Part shown: positions 20,459 through 30,699 of the stretch, in pieces
Position numbering within the stretch: position 1 is the stretch's first letter
Layout of the letters: each line of letters starts with the position of its first letter
Source of the DNA: Candidatus Bathyarchaeota archaeon
Lineage (GTDB): Archaea; Thermoproteota; Bathyarchaeia; Bathyarchaeales; Bathyarchaeaceae
Direction of reading: 5' to 3'
Assembly: GCA_020348945.1 (NCBI GenBank)
Contig: CP070759.1
Span: 1,407,637-1,465,173 of the forward strand
DNA: 57,537 bases
Translations under genes and position numbers: made by a program
Notes under the pieces: model-generated
Databases searched by the model: none
Seen by the model: only the letters and a program-made list of their open reading frames with translations
Told to the model about the DNA's origin: nothing

Positions 20459-21448
20459 TTACTTCTGGATTCCAGCTGTTTTCCTGATGAACTTGCCTAC
20501 TTTCTCGATTTGATGTTCCTCGATTTCTTTCATTAGGGCATTTAAGGTTTTGAAGCCTTCTTTGCCCTCTTTTATCCATTCTTCAGCAAACTTGCCGTTT
20601 TGAACCAGCTTAACCGCTTTTCTCATGTTTTCCTTCACACGGTCGTCAATAATTTTGGGTCCAACAGCTAGACCTCCGTACTTAGCAGTGTCTGAAACCC
20701 CTCTGAGCATCCCTATAAGGCCCTCTTGATAGATCAAGTCCATTATCAACTTCGCTTCATTACAAGCCTCAAAATAGGCGAGTTCTGGCTGGTACCCAGC
20801 TTCAACAAGAACTTCAAAGCCCTTTTTGATGAGTTCCATTAATCCGCCAACCAGCACCGTTTGTTCACCAATGAGGTCGCTTTCAGTTTCATCTCTAAAC
20901 GTAGTTTCCAAGACGCCTGCTCTAGTGCATCCAACAGCCTTAGCCATAGCTAAAGCGTTTTCCTTTGCTTCTCCCGAAGGATTTTGATGGACCGCAATCA
21001 GAGCTGGCACTCCGAAACCGTTGAGATACGTTTTTCTAACCATATGTCCTGGGCTTTTTGGAGCAAGCATTATGACATTAACTTGGTTTGGTGGAACGAT
21101 CTGCTTGAAGTGGATGTTAAAGCCGTGGGCAAAGCCCAAAGTTTTTCCCTTTACCATATATGGAGCAATATGGTTTTTGTAAACAGTGGGTTGCGCTGGG
21201 TCTGGGATCAATATGTGGATGATATCACCTTTTTCTGCTGCTTCTGCGATTGGATAGACTTTGAAGCCGTCGTTTTTGGCTCTGTTCCATGAGGAGCCTT
21301 CGGGTCTTAAACCTAGTATAACGTTTAAGCCGGAGTCTCTCATGTTTTGAGTTTGGGCGCGTCCTTGGCTACCGTAGCCGATTACTGCTATGGTTTTATC
21401 TTTCAAGTTGTCTAGGTTCACGTCCGCATCATAATACACTTTTACCAT
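20459..21448 (-). CDS. ilvC: Ketol-acid reductoisomerase
   Basis: [37 protein letters not shown]. Confidence 0.97.
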   Translation of the reverse strand: MVKVYYDADVNLDNLKDKTIAVIGYGSQGRAQTQNMRDSGLNVILGLRPEGSSWNRAKNDGFKVYPIAEAAEKGDIIHILIPDPAQPTVYKNHIAPYMVKGKTLGFAHGFNIHFKQIVPPNQVNVIMLAPKSPGHMVRKTYLNGFGVPALIAVHQNPSGEAKENALAMAKAVGCTRAGVLETTFRDETESDLIGEQTVLVGGLMELIKKGFEVLVEAGYQPELAYFEACNEAKLIMDLIYQEGLIGMLRGVSDTAKYGGLAVGPKIIDDRVKENMRKAVKLVQNGKFAEEWIKEGKEGFKTLNALMKEIEEHQIEKVGKFIRKTAGIQK

Positions 21449-21465
21449 TTTTTGTTCACCTTTTT

Positions 21466-21975
21466 TTATTCTTCAATCTTAACTGATTTCACTCCTCTGG
21501 AGAGGGCTGTTATGCCCGTTCTAGCTACTTCCTTTACTCCAAAGGGTTTCATAGAGGCGATGAAGGCGTCTATCTTGTTTGCGTCGCCTGTGATTTCAAC
21601 CATTAAGGATTCAGGTGAAACGTCTACTACGCGGGCTCTAAAAATGTTTGCATAATTGATGACGTCTGTCCTGATTTTGGCGCCAGGAGCAGTTATTTTG
21701 ACGAGAGCCATCTCCCGGCTAACGATGTTGGATGGGTCCAGTCTACTAACCTTAATCACATCTATCAGCTTGTTCAACTGCTTAATCACCTGTTCAATGG
21801 TTCTTTCATCTCCATTGACGGTTATGGTCATTCTTGCGAGGTCACTCTGCTCTGTAGGTCCCACTGCAATGCTTTCTATGTTGAAGTTTCTGCGTCTAAA
21901 CATGTTTGCAACGCTGTAGAGTACACCTGGCTTATGTTCAACGATAGCCGCTATTACGTGGCTTTTTTCATTCAT
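21466..21975 (-). CDS. ilvN: Acetolactate synthase small subunit
   Basis: [38 protein letters not shown]. Confidence 0.96.
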   Translation of the reverse strand: MNEKSHVIAAIVEHKPGVLYSVANMFRRRNFNIESIAVGPTEQSDLARMTITVNGDERTIEQVIKQLNKLIDVIKVSRLDPSNIVSREMALVKITAPGAKIRTDVINYANIFRARVVDVSPESLMVEITGDANKIDAFIASMKPFGVKEVARTGITALSRGVKSVKIEE

Positions 21976-21977
21976 TT

Positions 21978-23693
21978 CTACAATTCCTCCTCACTTTCAA
22001 TCATGCCTTTAAGACCTGCTCCCGCTGGAATCATTGGAAACACGTTTTCCTCATATCCAATTGGAACGTCTATAACTGTTGTAACTTCACTTTTTATCGC
22101 TTTTTTTACAGCCTTCGAAAACTCTTTGAGCGAGCCAACGCGGGTGCCTTCTGCACCGTAGGCTTTAGCTAATTTAGCAAAGTCTGGAACGTTTCCTAAA
22201 TCCACTGCAGAATATCTTCTACCATAGAAGAGTCTCTGCCACTGGGCAACCATTCCAAGCACGGAGTTGTTCAGCACTATCACTGTGACTGGAATCTTTT
22301 CTATAACTGAGCAGGCGAGTTCTTGTTCAGTCATTCTGAAGCTTCCGTCGCCAGCTATGTCCACCACTGGTGTGTCAGGACATGCAACTTTGGCTCCAAT
22401 GGATGCTGGGAAGCCGAAGCCCATGGTTCCGAGTCCACCTGAGCTGATGAACGTTCTAGGCTTATACGACATGAAATAAAGAGCTGCCCACATCTGATTT
22501 TGACCAACTTCAGTTGCTACAATAGCATCATTGGGCAAAATTTTTCTAAGCTCCTTCATCAGCCGTGGAGGTTTCAAGTCTTTTTCGCCGCCAGACATTT
22601 CGTCTCTAGCTTGCTCTTTAACTTCTCGAACTCTCTTAGCCCATTGAGAACTCTTCCCTTTCTGTAACTTGCTGGTCAACGATTGATAAATCGCCGTAAG
22701 GGTTTTCTTTGCGTCAGCTACAATGGGCACGTCAACACCTACGTTTTTCCCGATTTCCGCCGAGTCTATGTCAATGTGGATGATTTTTGCGTCAGGGCAA
22801 AACTCGTCTAGCTTTCCAGTGGTTCTGTCTGAGAACCTTGTTCCAACCGCTAAAAGAACGTCAGCTTCCAAGATCAGTTTAGTTGAGGCGCTAGTTCCGT
22901 GCATGCCTATGTTTCCTAGAGACAGAGGATGGTTTTCTGGGAAGCATCCTTTTCCCATGAGAGGGGTTGTTACTGGTGCCATCAGGAGTTCAGCTATTGT
23001 CAAAAGCTCTGGTGAGGCATTTGAGATAATTACTCCTCCACCAGCCAAAATTATGGGGCGCTCAGATTTGAGGAGAAGTTCAACGGCTTTTTTAACCTGA
23101 AACGGATGAGGGTCTATCTTAGGTTTGTAGCCTCGAATTCTAACGCTGTCTCTAAACTTCATTTCAGCAGTTTCAGTTTGCGCATTCTTGGGAAGGTCAA
23201 CTAAGACTGGTCCAGGTCTGCCCGTTGTAGCTATATGAAAGGCTTGTTTCAATGTTTTCGGGATTTCCGAAGCTCTCTTCGGTTGAAAGTTGCATTTTGT
23301 GACTGGAGTGGTGATTCCGATGATATCCGCTTCTTGGAAAGCATCTCTTCCTATCATGTAAGATGAGTTGACAGCAAAGGCGTTGACTTGACCTGTGAAA
23401 GCAACGATCGGCGCAGAATCCATATAGGCATTGGCAATACCTGTGACTAAGTTTGTTGCTCCGGGTCCTGACGTGGCCATGCAGACTCCTGGCCGTCCGC
23501 TTGCCCGGGCGTAGCCATCGGCTGCGTGGGCTGCACACTGTTCATGTCGAGCCATAATGTGTCTTATCTCGGGAGTTTCGTATAGCACATCGTATAGTGG
23601 AAGGACTGCTCCTCCAACTATACCGAAGATGACTTCTACTTTTTGTCGTTTCAGTGCTTCTACAATGGCTTGAGCACCTGACATTTTTGTCAT
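21978..23693 (-). CDS. ilvB: Acetolactate synthase large subunit
   Basis: RHEQ.A.HAADGYAR, TSGPGATN, GRPGPV, GLGTMGFG, GDGSF..T. Confidence 0.97.
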   Translation of the reverse strand: MTKMSGAQAIVEALKRQKVEVIFGIVGGAVLPLYDVLYETPEIRHIMARHEQCAAHAADGYARASGRPGVCMATSGPGATNLVTGIANAYMDSAPIVAFTGQVNAFAVNSSYMIGRDAFQEADIIGITTPVTKCNFQPKRASEIPKTLKQAFHIATTGRPGPVLVDLPKNAQTETAEMKFRDSVRIRGYKPKIDPHPFQVKKAVELLLKSERPIILAGGGVIISNASPELLTIAELLMAPVTTPLMGKGCFPENHPLSLGNIGMHGTSASTKLILEADVLLAVGTRFSDRTTGKLDEFCPDAKIIHIDIDSAEIGKNVGVDVPIVADAKKTLTAIYQSLTSKLQKGKSSQWAKRVREVKEQARDEMSGGEKDLKPPRLMKELRKILPNDAIVATEVGQNQMWAALYFMSYKPRTFISSGGLGTMGFGFPASIGAKVACPDTPVVDIAGDGSFRMTEQELACSVIEKIPVTVIVLNNSVLGMVAQWQRLFYGRRYSAVDLGNVPDFAKLAKAYGAEGTRVGSLKEFSKAVKKAIKSEVTTVIDVPIGYEENVFPMIPAGAGLKGMIESEEEL

Positions 23694-23721
23694 GTTTCAT
23701 GTTCCTCCTTTAAGTGATACT

Positions 23722-23853
23722 CTATAACCATACAATGATTATGCAGGGATGCGGAGAAAAACCATTCGAGAGTCCGTTCATTAAGTTTTCTGGAGAAGAT
23801 TTTGGGAAAGCTAATGTACGAGGAAATGATCCCTCACGTTTATTGTCCTCCAT
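23722..23853 (-). CDS. Putative leader peptide (uORF, 43 aa) of the ilv/leu operon
   Basis: Manual translation MEDNKREGSFPRTLAFPKSSPENLMNGLSNGFSPHPCIIIVWL*; GGTGA/AGGAG upstream; stop 28 nt before ilvB ATG. Confidence 0.6.
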   Translation of the reverse strand: MEDNKREGSFPRTLAFPKSSPENLMNGLSNGFSPHPCIIIVWL

Positions 23854-23885
23854 TGAAATGGGATTCTCCTTTCACCTAACGGATT

Positions 23886-23903
23886 TTATCTTAAAAATGT
23901 TTT
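23886..23903 (-). promoter_or_regulatory. Probable BRE/TATA promoter of the leader-ilvB transcript
   Basis: Minus strand AAAACATTTTTAAGATAA about 35-50 nt upstream of the uORF ATG. Confidence 0.45.
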
Positions 23904-23919
23904 GGCTTTAAATCTCATG

Positions 23920-25494
23920 TCACGATTTCTCTGTTTGCTTGTCCCCACGTTTATTGTAGTCGGTCATCAACACATTCATGCCGCTTAGCACAGCTTCAAC
24001 GCTTGCCATAACAATGTCTTCTCGAACTCCCATGGCTGTCGCTGTTCTGTCTCCCTTGCGTAGACGAACAATCACCTCTACCATGGCGTCGGTGCCTCCT
24101 GTGATAGCTTTAACGTGATAGTTCTCCAGAAGAATTGGCTCAACGACTAGAACGGCTTTCCTCACAGCGTTTATCGCGGCGTCTACAGGTCCCAATCCAG
24201 TGGCTGCCTCAGAGACCACTTTATTGTTAAGTTTAAGTCGTACCGACGCGGTTGAGGTAACTCTGTCTCCAGTGACAACGGTTAACTCCTCAAGACTTAT
24301 TGGACGAGTTTGAGGTAAACCCATAACCGCCTCTGCAACCGCCATTAAATCGGCATCGGTGACTTTCTTGCCTTTGTCTCCTACGATTTTCACCCGCATG
24401 GAAATCTCTTTAAGCTGTTTGTCGGTTGGGCGTAATCCAATTTTTTCTAGCGATGCATTAATACCATGAGAACCTGAGTGTTTGCCCGCCACTAGTCTTC
24501 TGGTGACTCCCACAATTTCAGGAGAGATCGGTTCATATGTTGACGGATGGGCTAGTATGGCGTGGGTGTGGATGCCTGCTTCGTGGGTAAAGGCGTTTTC
24601 TCCCACAATTGCCTTGTTAGGTTGGACCGGGGACCCTGTTATTCGAGCCACCAATTGTGATGTGCGGTACAGAAGTTCTGTTTTTATGGACACTTCCACA
24701 CTGTAAATAAGCCTGAGAGCAGCAGCAATTTCTTCTAGGGCAGCGTTTCCAGCTCTTTCTCCCAATCCATTGATTGTTGCATGAACTTGGTTGGCGCCAG
24801 CCCTAAAGGCTGCTATGGAATTTGCAACACCCATTCCGAAGTCGTCGTGGCAGTGAGCGCTAATAATTGTGTCTTTGAAGGCTTTTCTCATGTCTGAGAA
24901 GAATTTGTAAGATTTTTCAGGAGTCAAAATTCCAACTGTGTCGCATGGACAAATTCTGTCCGCGCCTACGGAAAGTCCTTTGGCAAAGAATTCTTTGATG
25001 AAGTTGAATTCGCTTCTAGTGGCGTCTTCAGCTGAGAGTTCAACGATGAGTCCATGGTCTTTGGCGTATTGAACGGATTCTTCTACGAGTTTTAAAATGT
25101 CTTCTCGGGTTTTCTTCAACTTGTATTCAAGGTGTAGGTCTGAAGTGGGAATAACCAGATGTACGCTTTGGGCGTCGCATTTCAGTGCCATGTCTATGTC
25201 TTTTTCTACTCCTCTAACGAAGCTGCAGATCTCTGCTCTGAGACCTTCTTTGGCGATGAGTTTTGTCGCTTCCATTTCTCCTTTAGAAACTGCGGGAAAA
25301 CCAGCCTCAATAACGTCTACTCCGAGCTCATCCAAGCTTTTGGCAATTCTAAGTTTGTTCTCGGGTGTTAGGGAAACTCCGGGGGTTTGTTCACCGTCTC
25401 TTAAAGTTGTGTCAAAAATCCGTATTTTCTTAGGGAAGGCGTTCAATAAAACAATACCCCATTTTACATTCGCCCTTAGTTGGCGGGGCAACAT
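23920..25494 (-). CDS. cimA: (R)-citramalate synthase
   Basis: DTTLRDGEQ; VHLVIPTS, GLIVELSAEDATRS, ADRICPCDTVG match the methanogen CimA pattern; real start probably near TTG 25446. Confidence 0.85.
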   Translation of the reverse strand: MLPRQLRANVKWGIVLLNAFPKKIRIFDTTLRDGEQTPGVSLTPENKLRIAKSLDELGVDVIEAGFPAVSKGEMEATKLIAKEGLRAEICSFVRGVEKDIDMALKCDAQSVHLVIPTSDLHLEYKLKKTREDILKLVEESVQYAKDHGLIVELSAEDATRSEFNFIKEFFAKGLSVGADRICPCDTVGILTPEKSYKFFSDMRKAFKDTIISAHCHDDFGMGVANSIAAFRAGANQVHATINGLGERAGNAALEEIAAALRLIYSVEVSIKTELLYRTSQLVARITGSPVQPNKAIVGENAFTHEAGIHTHAILAHPSTYEPISPEIVGVTRRLVAGKHSGSHGINASLEKIGLRPTDKQLKEISMRVKIVGDKGKKVTDADLMAVAEAVMGLPQTRPISLEELTVVTGDRVTSTASVRLKLNNKVVSEAATGLGPVDAAINAVRKAVLVVEPILLENYHVKAITGGTDAMVEVIVRLRKGDRTATAMGVREDIVMASVEAVLSGMNVLMTDYNKRGDKQTEKS

Positions 25495-25547
25495 TAAATA
25501 TAAAGCTTTTGGTTTCCATAATCTAATGAAACTTGCACGTTTGGGGG

Positions 25548-27176
25548 ATGAAGTTGAGAAGCGACGAGATAAAGCGTGGAGTCAAAAGAGCTCCCCACAG
25601 GTCCCTGTTGAAGGCTTTGGGGCTTACAGCCCGCGACATGGATAAACCTTTCATTGCAGTGGTTAACAGTTTCACTTCTGTGGTTCCAGGCCACATTCAT
25701 CTGAATCAAATTGCTGAGGCGGTGAAGGCTGGAGTTAGATCTGCTGATGGAGTGCCCTTTGAATTCAACACCATCGCTGTCTGCGACGGCATAGCCATGG
25801 GACATGATGGGATGCGATACTCCCTGCCCTCTCGAGAAGTCATTGCAGACTCCGTTGAGATTATGGTTCAAGCCCATAGATTCGACGGCATGGTTTTGGT
25901 TACAAACTGTGACAAGATAACTCCAGGCATGCTGATGGCTTCGGCTAGACTCAACGTGCCCTCCATTGTGGTGACTGGAGGTCCCATGCTGGCAGGCATA
26001 TTGGATGGAAAGAAAGTTAGTTTCGCGTCAATTTCTGAGGCTGTGGGAAAAGTTGTTGCTGGTGAGATGAGTGAAGAGGAACTGGAGAGACTTGAAGACG
26101 CGGCGTGTCCAGGCTGCGGGTCTTGCAGTGGCATGTTTACAGCTAACACCATGGCGTGCATAACTGAGGCTTTAGGAATGTCTCTTCCGGGTTGTGCCAC
26201 CGCCCTTGCCGTTAGTGCTCTAAAGTTGAAGATCGCTAGGGAAAGCGGTGAGAGGATTCTTGAGTTGCTGCGAGAAGATTTGAAGCCTTTAGACATCATG
26301 ACTGCAAAAGCCTTTGAGAACGCCATCGCGGTGGACATGGCTCTCGGAGGCTCCACCAACGCTGTGCTACATCTCTCAGCCATTGCGGGTGAGGCTGGAA
26401 TTTCCTTGCCCCTAAACCTTTTTGACGAGATAAGTAAGCGGGTTCCCCACCTTTGCAACATGATTCCTAGCGGTCCTTATCCATTGGAGGAGTTGGATGC
26501 GGCTGGTGGAATTCCAGCTTTAATGAAGGAGCTGAGCCCTCTTCTCCACTTAGATGCCATTACTGTAACGGGAAAAACCATGAAAAAGAACATTGAAGGA
26601 ACTAGAGTGCTTAATGCAGAGGTGATTCGCCCCTTAGCTAACCCTGTGCATAAAGGAGGAGGCATGGCCGTGTTGCGAGGAAACCTAGCACCAGAGGGAT
26701 CAGTGGTGAAAACTGTGGCTGTCTCGCCAGAAATGCTCGTTCATAAAGGTCCAGCTAGGATTTTCAACTCTGAAGAGGAAGCTATGGAGGCCATAGTCAA
26801 CAGGAAAATCAAGGGTGGCGACATGGTGGTTATTCGTTATGAGGGACCGAAGGGTGGTCCTGGCATGAGGGAGATGTTGTCTCCAACAGCCACTATAAGC
26901 GGGATGGGTTTAAGCGAGTCTGTGGCGTTGATTACGGACGGCAGGTTTTCCGGAGCCACTAGAGGTCCTTGTATAGGGCATGTGTCGCCTGAAGCAGCGG
27001 AGAAGGGACCTATAGCAGCGTTGAAGGATGGAGACCTTATTGAAATTGACATTCCGAAGAGGGTTCTGAGGGTGGAATTGACGGATAACGAGATAAAGAA
27101 CCGTTTAAGGTCGTGGAAGCCGAAGTCTCCAAACGTTAAACGGGGCTACCTCGTACGATATTCTTCGCTCCTATAA
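25548..27176 (+). CDS. ilvD: Dihydroxy-acid dehydratase
   Basis: [53 protein letters not shown]. Confidence 0.97.
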   Translation: MKLRSDEIKRGVKRAPHRSLLKALGLTARDMDKPFIAVVNSFTSVVPGHIHLNQIAEAVKAGVRSADGVPFEFNTIAVCDGIAMGHDGMRYSLPSREVIADSVEIMVQAHRFDGMVLVTNCDKITPGMLMASARLNVPSIVVTGGPMLAGILDGKKVSFASISEAVGKVVAGEMSEEELERLEDAACPGCGSCSGMFTANTMACITEALGMSLPGCATALAVSALKLKIARESGERILELLREDLKPLDIMTAKAFENAIAVDMALGGSTNAVLHLSAIAGEAGISLPLNLFDEISKRVPHLCNMIPSGPYPLEELDAAGGIPALMKELSPLLHLDAITVTGKTMKKNIEGTRVLNAEVIRPLANPVHKGGGMAVLRGNLAPEGSVVKTVAVSPEMLVHKGPARIFNSEEEAMEAIVNRKIKGGDMVVIRYEGPKGGPGMREMLSPTATISGMGLSESVALITDGRFSGATRGPCIGHVSPEAAEKGPIAALKDGDLIEIDIPKRVLRVELTDNEIKNRLRSWKPKSPNVKRGYLVRYSSLL

Positions 27177-27440
27177 TTTGCAACATAGCGACACTGTCTT
27201 TGTTTCTAGTTCCTCCTATAGCTCCTCTCCCCACTTTAGCGCAAACTGTTTTTTGAGAAAAACCTGTTTTCAACATATCTTTTCGCTATATGATCCAGAT
27301 GCACACACATATTTGGCTTCTGCGGTGGAAACTGCACATAGCAAGAAAAGGACATTGAAAGTCTACATGTTAACGGAAAATGGTTGCTTGGTGTTTACTT
27401 CAACATGCTTGATATTCGCATTCAACTAGGACATGATGAT

Positions 27441-28055
27441 TTATTCTTTCCTTCTTCCAAACCACTTGTGCATTCCGTAAATTGCTGTGGCTATCGTTGC
27501 AGGTATCCAGAAAAAAAGCCTGCAAAACAGAGCAATATTCATCACAATCATAAACCAAACATTATCGGCTCCCTGCCATAGAATTTGTTCTAATGCAAAC
27601 CAAGATAGCCAAACTATTGCGTAGCAGATTAAGAAAGACCAGAATACACTTCGAAAGAAGAAATCGAGCAAATTCCATTCAAGTGATCCCTCGGAAAGTT
27701 TTTTGTCACCCCAGTAACCGAGCATCGCACCTACAAGGTTAATCAAAAAGAAAAACCAGAAACCGTATGCAGGAACGTTTTGAGGGGAGACAGGCACTAT
27801 TTCCATTCCGAAGAAATTGATGTCGTAACCAGTAAGGTATCCCCAAGCACCGAGAGATAGTTCCGCGGTTGCAGAAAATGGGAACGAAACTAGCGAAAAT
27901 GGATATATAAAGAACAAAGAAGCATTGGGTATGGGTGCAAATGTGGAAAGAAAAGACGCCACAATTATGACTCCAGCCATTAACAGCGGATAACCTAGAC
28001 GTTCTTCTGCGAGGTAACTTGACAAACGAAACGACACATACATTGAAAGTAGCAT
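27441..28055 (-). CDS. Hypothetical multi-pass membrane protein
   Basis: 204 aa with several hydrophobic segments; no recognised motif. Confidence 0.65.
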   Translation of the reverse strand: MLLSMYVSFRLSSYLAEERLGYPLLMAGVIIVASFLSTFAPIPNASLFFIYPFSLVSFPFSATAELSLGAWGYLTGYDINFFGMEIVPVSPQNVPAYGFWFFFLINLVGAMLGYWGDKKLSEGSLEWNLLDFFFRSVFWSFLICYAIVWLSWFALEQILWQGADNVWFMIVMNIALFCRLFFWIPATIATAIYGMHKWFGRRKE

Positions 28056-28142
28056 CAGTCTTCAATAACTCTGGATACAAGATGGTGATAAGTTTTGTTC
28101 CCTCTTATTTCATTACGTTGCATTAATAACTTAAGGCACACA

Positions 28143-28162
28143 CATTTCTGAATTCAGAAATG
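28143..28162. repeat. Perfect 20-bp palindrome CATTTCTGAATTCAGAAATG
   Basis: Directly visible in an AT-rich intergenic region. Confidence 0.8.
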
Positions 28163-28621
28163 AAATAAGGTATAGATAACGGTTAACGATACTTATTATT
28201 CTTATTGGATATACTATGAAGAATAGTAACAATAAGCAAGGTTAATCGTTAACACGCTGAGCATGTATTACTTGGCTTGCTGTGAAGCACCTACGAAAAC
28301 CATTCTCAGAATTTTTTAAAAAAATGTTTGCTCCAGACGTAGTTGTGTCAACCAAAGATATTTGATAAATACATAACAGCTGCTGCTACTTCGAACAACA
28401 CTCCTACCGTAAGTAACCCATTTCCTAATACCCATTGCGATTATCACCCTTCCAAGTTAGTTTAAACCAACCAGTCAAGATTTAAACCCTACCGCATCCT
28501 TCTACTTTTTAATCAATTGGTTGAAAATTCTAGGGATCAAAAGAACCGCTTATCTCTCAGTTAATCTGTAGAAGGATTACTTGGATGTAAACTGTTTTGG
28601 AGCGCGTTTTTCGTGACACAT

Positions 28622-28759
28622 TTAGGTGTGGTATTTCGGTACTTTCACGGCTTTTGGAACGTAAATGTTGCCACTGCCGCAGGTGGGACAGTACCTTGGC
28701 TCCACTTTGCTCTCGTCAACCCATTTGTATCCACATTTCAAACATATCCAGTCAGACAA
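28622..28759 (-). CDS. Small zinc-ribbon/rubredoxin-like protein (45 aa)
   Basis: Manual translation MSDWICLKCGYKWVDESKVEPRYCPTCGSGNIYVPKAVKVPKYHT*; CxxC...CPxCG; GGTGA upstream of TTG; not in ORF track. Confidence 0.8.
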   Translation of the reverse strand: MSDWICLKCGYKWVDESKVEPRYCPTCGSGNIYVPKAVKVPKYHT

Positions 28760-28844
28760 GACCTTTCACCAAGATTACTTTCAGAGTGTCTGCTATTAAC
28801 ATTTTAAACACTTAAATCTTTACCCGCAACAAACAACACGCCAC

Positions 28845-29579
28845 TTATTTTCTTCTTTTTCGTTTGCGACCAGCACTTCTCGCCGCAATTAAACCTACTT
28901 TCCTGCCAGGTGGAGCGTGCCGCGAAACTGTGGTGACCTTTCGTGCACCTCTCTTACTGCTACCGTATGGATGCGCAGCCGCCACCATGGCTATACCTCG
29001 TGTTCTCGGGTACATGTGACCCTTTGCCTTCATCAAGTGAAACTTGGCTCCAGCTTTCAGAAACGGTTTGTCAACACGACCAGCCCCAGAGATGATGCCA
29101 ACTGTTGCTCGGCAGAGGTCATGTATGTACCGAGTTTTTTTTGAGGGAAGCTTTACCATTGTTCCTTCAGGTGTATGCCCCACCACGGTTGCGTATGAAC
29201 CGGATGAACGAACCATCTTTCCTCCGTCGCCAGGAGACAATTCAATGTTGCATATCATTGTTCCTTCAGGAATGCTGCCTAAAGGAAGTACGTTGCCAAT
29301 GTCTACAGAAGCTTTGCTTCCCATTTGCGTGGGCTGTCCCTCGTAAACTCCTTCTGGAACCACTGCGTGGTAGGTTTCACCTGTTTCAAGTTTCACTGAG
29401 GCTAGAGGTGAGCCTCTTCCAGACTCGTGAACGATATTCATAATTTGACCGTGAACAACTCCGTCCCGCTCTTCTTGGGACATGGAAGGGTACTGAACAG
29501 GAGCTATTCGCTTGTGGGTTGACGATCGAAAAGTGGATGAACCTCTGCCACGCCTCTGAACGCGTATTCGTTTGCCCAC
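28845..29579 (-). CDS. rpl2: 50S ribosomal protein L2 (uL2)
   Basis: GKRIRVQRRGRG, GDGGKMVRSSG, GRVDKPFLKAG, APPGRKVGLIAAR; GTG start 29579. Confidence 0.97.
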   Translation of the reverse strand: MGKRIRVQRRGRGSSTFRSSTHKRIAPVQYPSMSQEERDGVVHGQIMNIVHESGRGSPLASVKLETGETYHAVVPEGVYEGQPTQMGSKASVDIGNVLPLGSIPEGTMICNIELSPGDGGKMVRSSGSYATVVGHTPEGTMVKLPSKKTRYIHDLCRATVGIISGAGRVDKPFLKAGAKFHLMKAKGHMYPRTRGIAMVAAAHPYGSSKRGARKVTTVSRHAPPGRKVGLIAARSAGRKRKRRK

Positions 29580-29740
29580 GATGCTGTGCCTCCTAACGAT
29601 GATCATGTGTTAACAAGGATTTAAATGCTACAGAGAAACCCTCTTTTAAATACTTTTAGCTCAACAGAACACACAAGCAAACCTTCACATTTAATCGATA
29701 GCCCAAACATGGCAACACAACAATACTTTGCACACGTAGT

Positions 29741-30379
29741 TTATTCTTCTTTGTCTGCTTCACGACGGAAGCGTGGCAGTAATCGTCTAGTTCGCTTCAT
29801 GTAAGCACGGTACTCGTGGCCAAACTGGTCTAGCATCATTTGCTCTTCCTTGGGAATCCGCACAACCATAAGGATGATTGTGAGGAGGTAATTAATGAGC
29901 AGGAATAGGTTAGCAGAAACCAACACCCAAGTAAGGAAATACACTAGGTGAACAGTGTACATGGGATGCCGAACCCAACGATAGGGGTCACTTGTCACAA
30001 GCTTATGGTCTTCTCGGAGTTCTAAGGAAACGGTCCAGTGTTTGCCGAGAACATGCTGAACCCATGTGAGAAAAGGCAGAGATATCATTCCCACGCCAAC
30101 ACCAAGCCACCGTAACCAGTCGGGTATGGGGAGTTTGGACCAGACCAGCCAAGACGAAAAGATTAGGTAAAGATGTAAGGCGATAATCAAATAGACACCT
30201 TGAACCATTAATAAAATGGCGCCGAACTTCCCTTCCACTTGTGCTGTATCTTTGAATCGTTCCCGAATTGAGCGTTTCTTGCGTGTGGCTCGAACCTTGC
30301 GGGTGTAATAACCTCTAATTGCAGTCCCTAAGAGAAAGAGAACGAGGAATAAAATGCTGAAGACGAGTTCGCTATCCAT
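29741..30379 (-). CDS. Isoprenylcysteine carboxyl methyltransferase (ICMT/Ste14) family membrane protein
   Basis: LGKHWT..LELREDHKLVT..PYRWVRHPMY...RIPKEE.M...FG.EY. Confidence 0.9.
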   Translation of the reverse strand: MDSELVFSILFLVLFLLGTAIRGYYTRKVRATRKKRSIRERFKDTAQVEGKFGAILLMVQGVYLIIALHLYLIFSSWLVWSKLPIPDWLRWLGVGVGMISLPFLTWVQHVLGKHWTVSLELREDHKLVTSDPYRWVRHPMYTVHLVYFLTWVLVSANLFLLINYLLTIILMVVRIPKEEQMMLDQFGHEYRAYMKRTRRLLPRFRREADKEE

Positions 30380-30699
30380 GACTCTTCACCTTAAAGGGCG
30401 CCTAATCAAATCTAAAGGCACAAGATTAAGTTCTCCTAAATTCCGTGAATAAGAACTTTTGCAAGTGTCCACTTTACCAATTGGCACCAGCAATTTTGTT
30501 TCACGTGATGTCGTGAAGGAAATCAGAGGATTCTCTCTCAAAATATCGGGGTTTTGGATTTTCAATCGAAGATGCTCACAAGTTTCACCATGGCAAATGT
30601 CGCCTCAATTTTGCGTGCACATCATAGGTATTAGATGTTCAGATTTCAAATTCAGAAGCGTCAAATATTGGAGGAATCTATGATTGAAATGATAGCAAG

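Noticed and set aside
23714..23911. 65-aa plus-strand ORF from the track
   Set aside because: Antisense to the operon, with no recognisable features; the minus-strand uORF explains the region better.
25868..26461. Long antisense ORFs (this one, 16060-16800, 45232-45846, 7984-8532 and similar)
   Set aside because: Shadow frames of well-supported genes on the opposite strand.
27130..27176. IlvD C-terminus looks ~10 aa shorter than usual (ends [10 protein letters not shown])
   Set aside because: All catalytic motifs are present; too small a difference to call a pseudogene without an alignment.
28178..28256. Integron attC site
   Set aside because: The ends do not fit RYYYAAC/GTTRRRY well and no integron integrase is in the window; kept only as an unexplained hairpin.
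30459..30683. 74-aa ORF upstream of the MEDS gene as another leader peptide
   Set aside because: No SD, no biased codon run and no recognisable motif.
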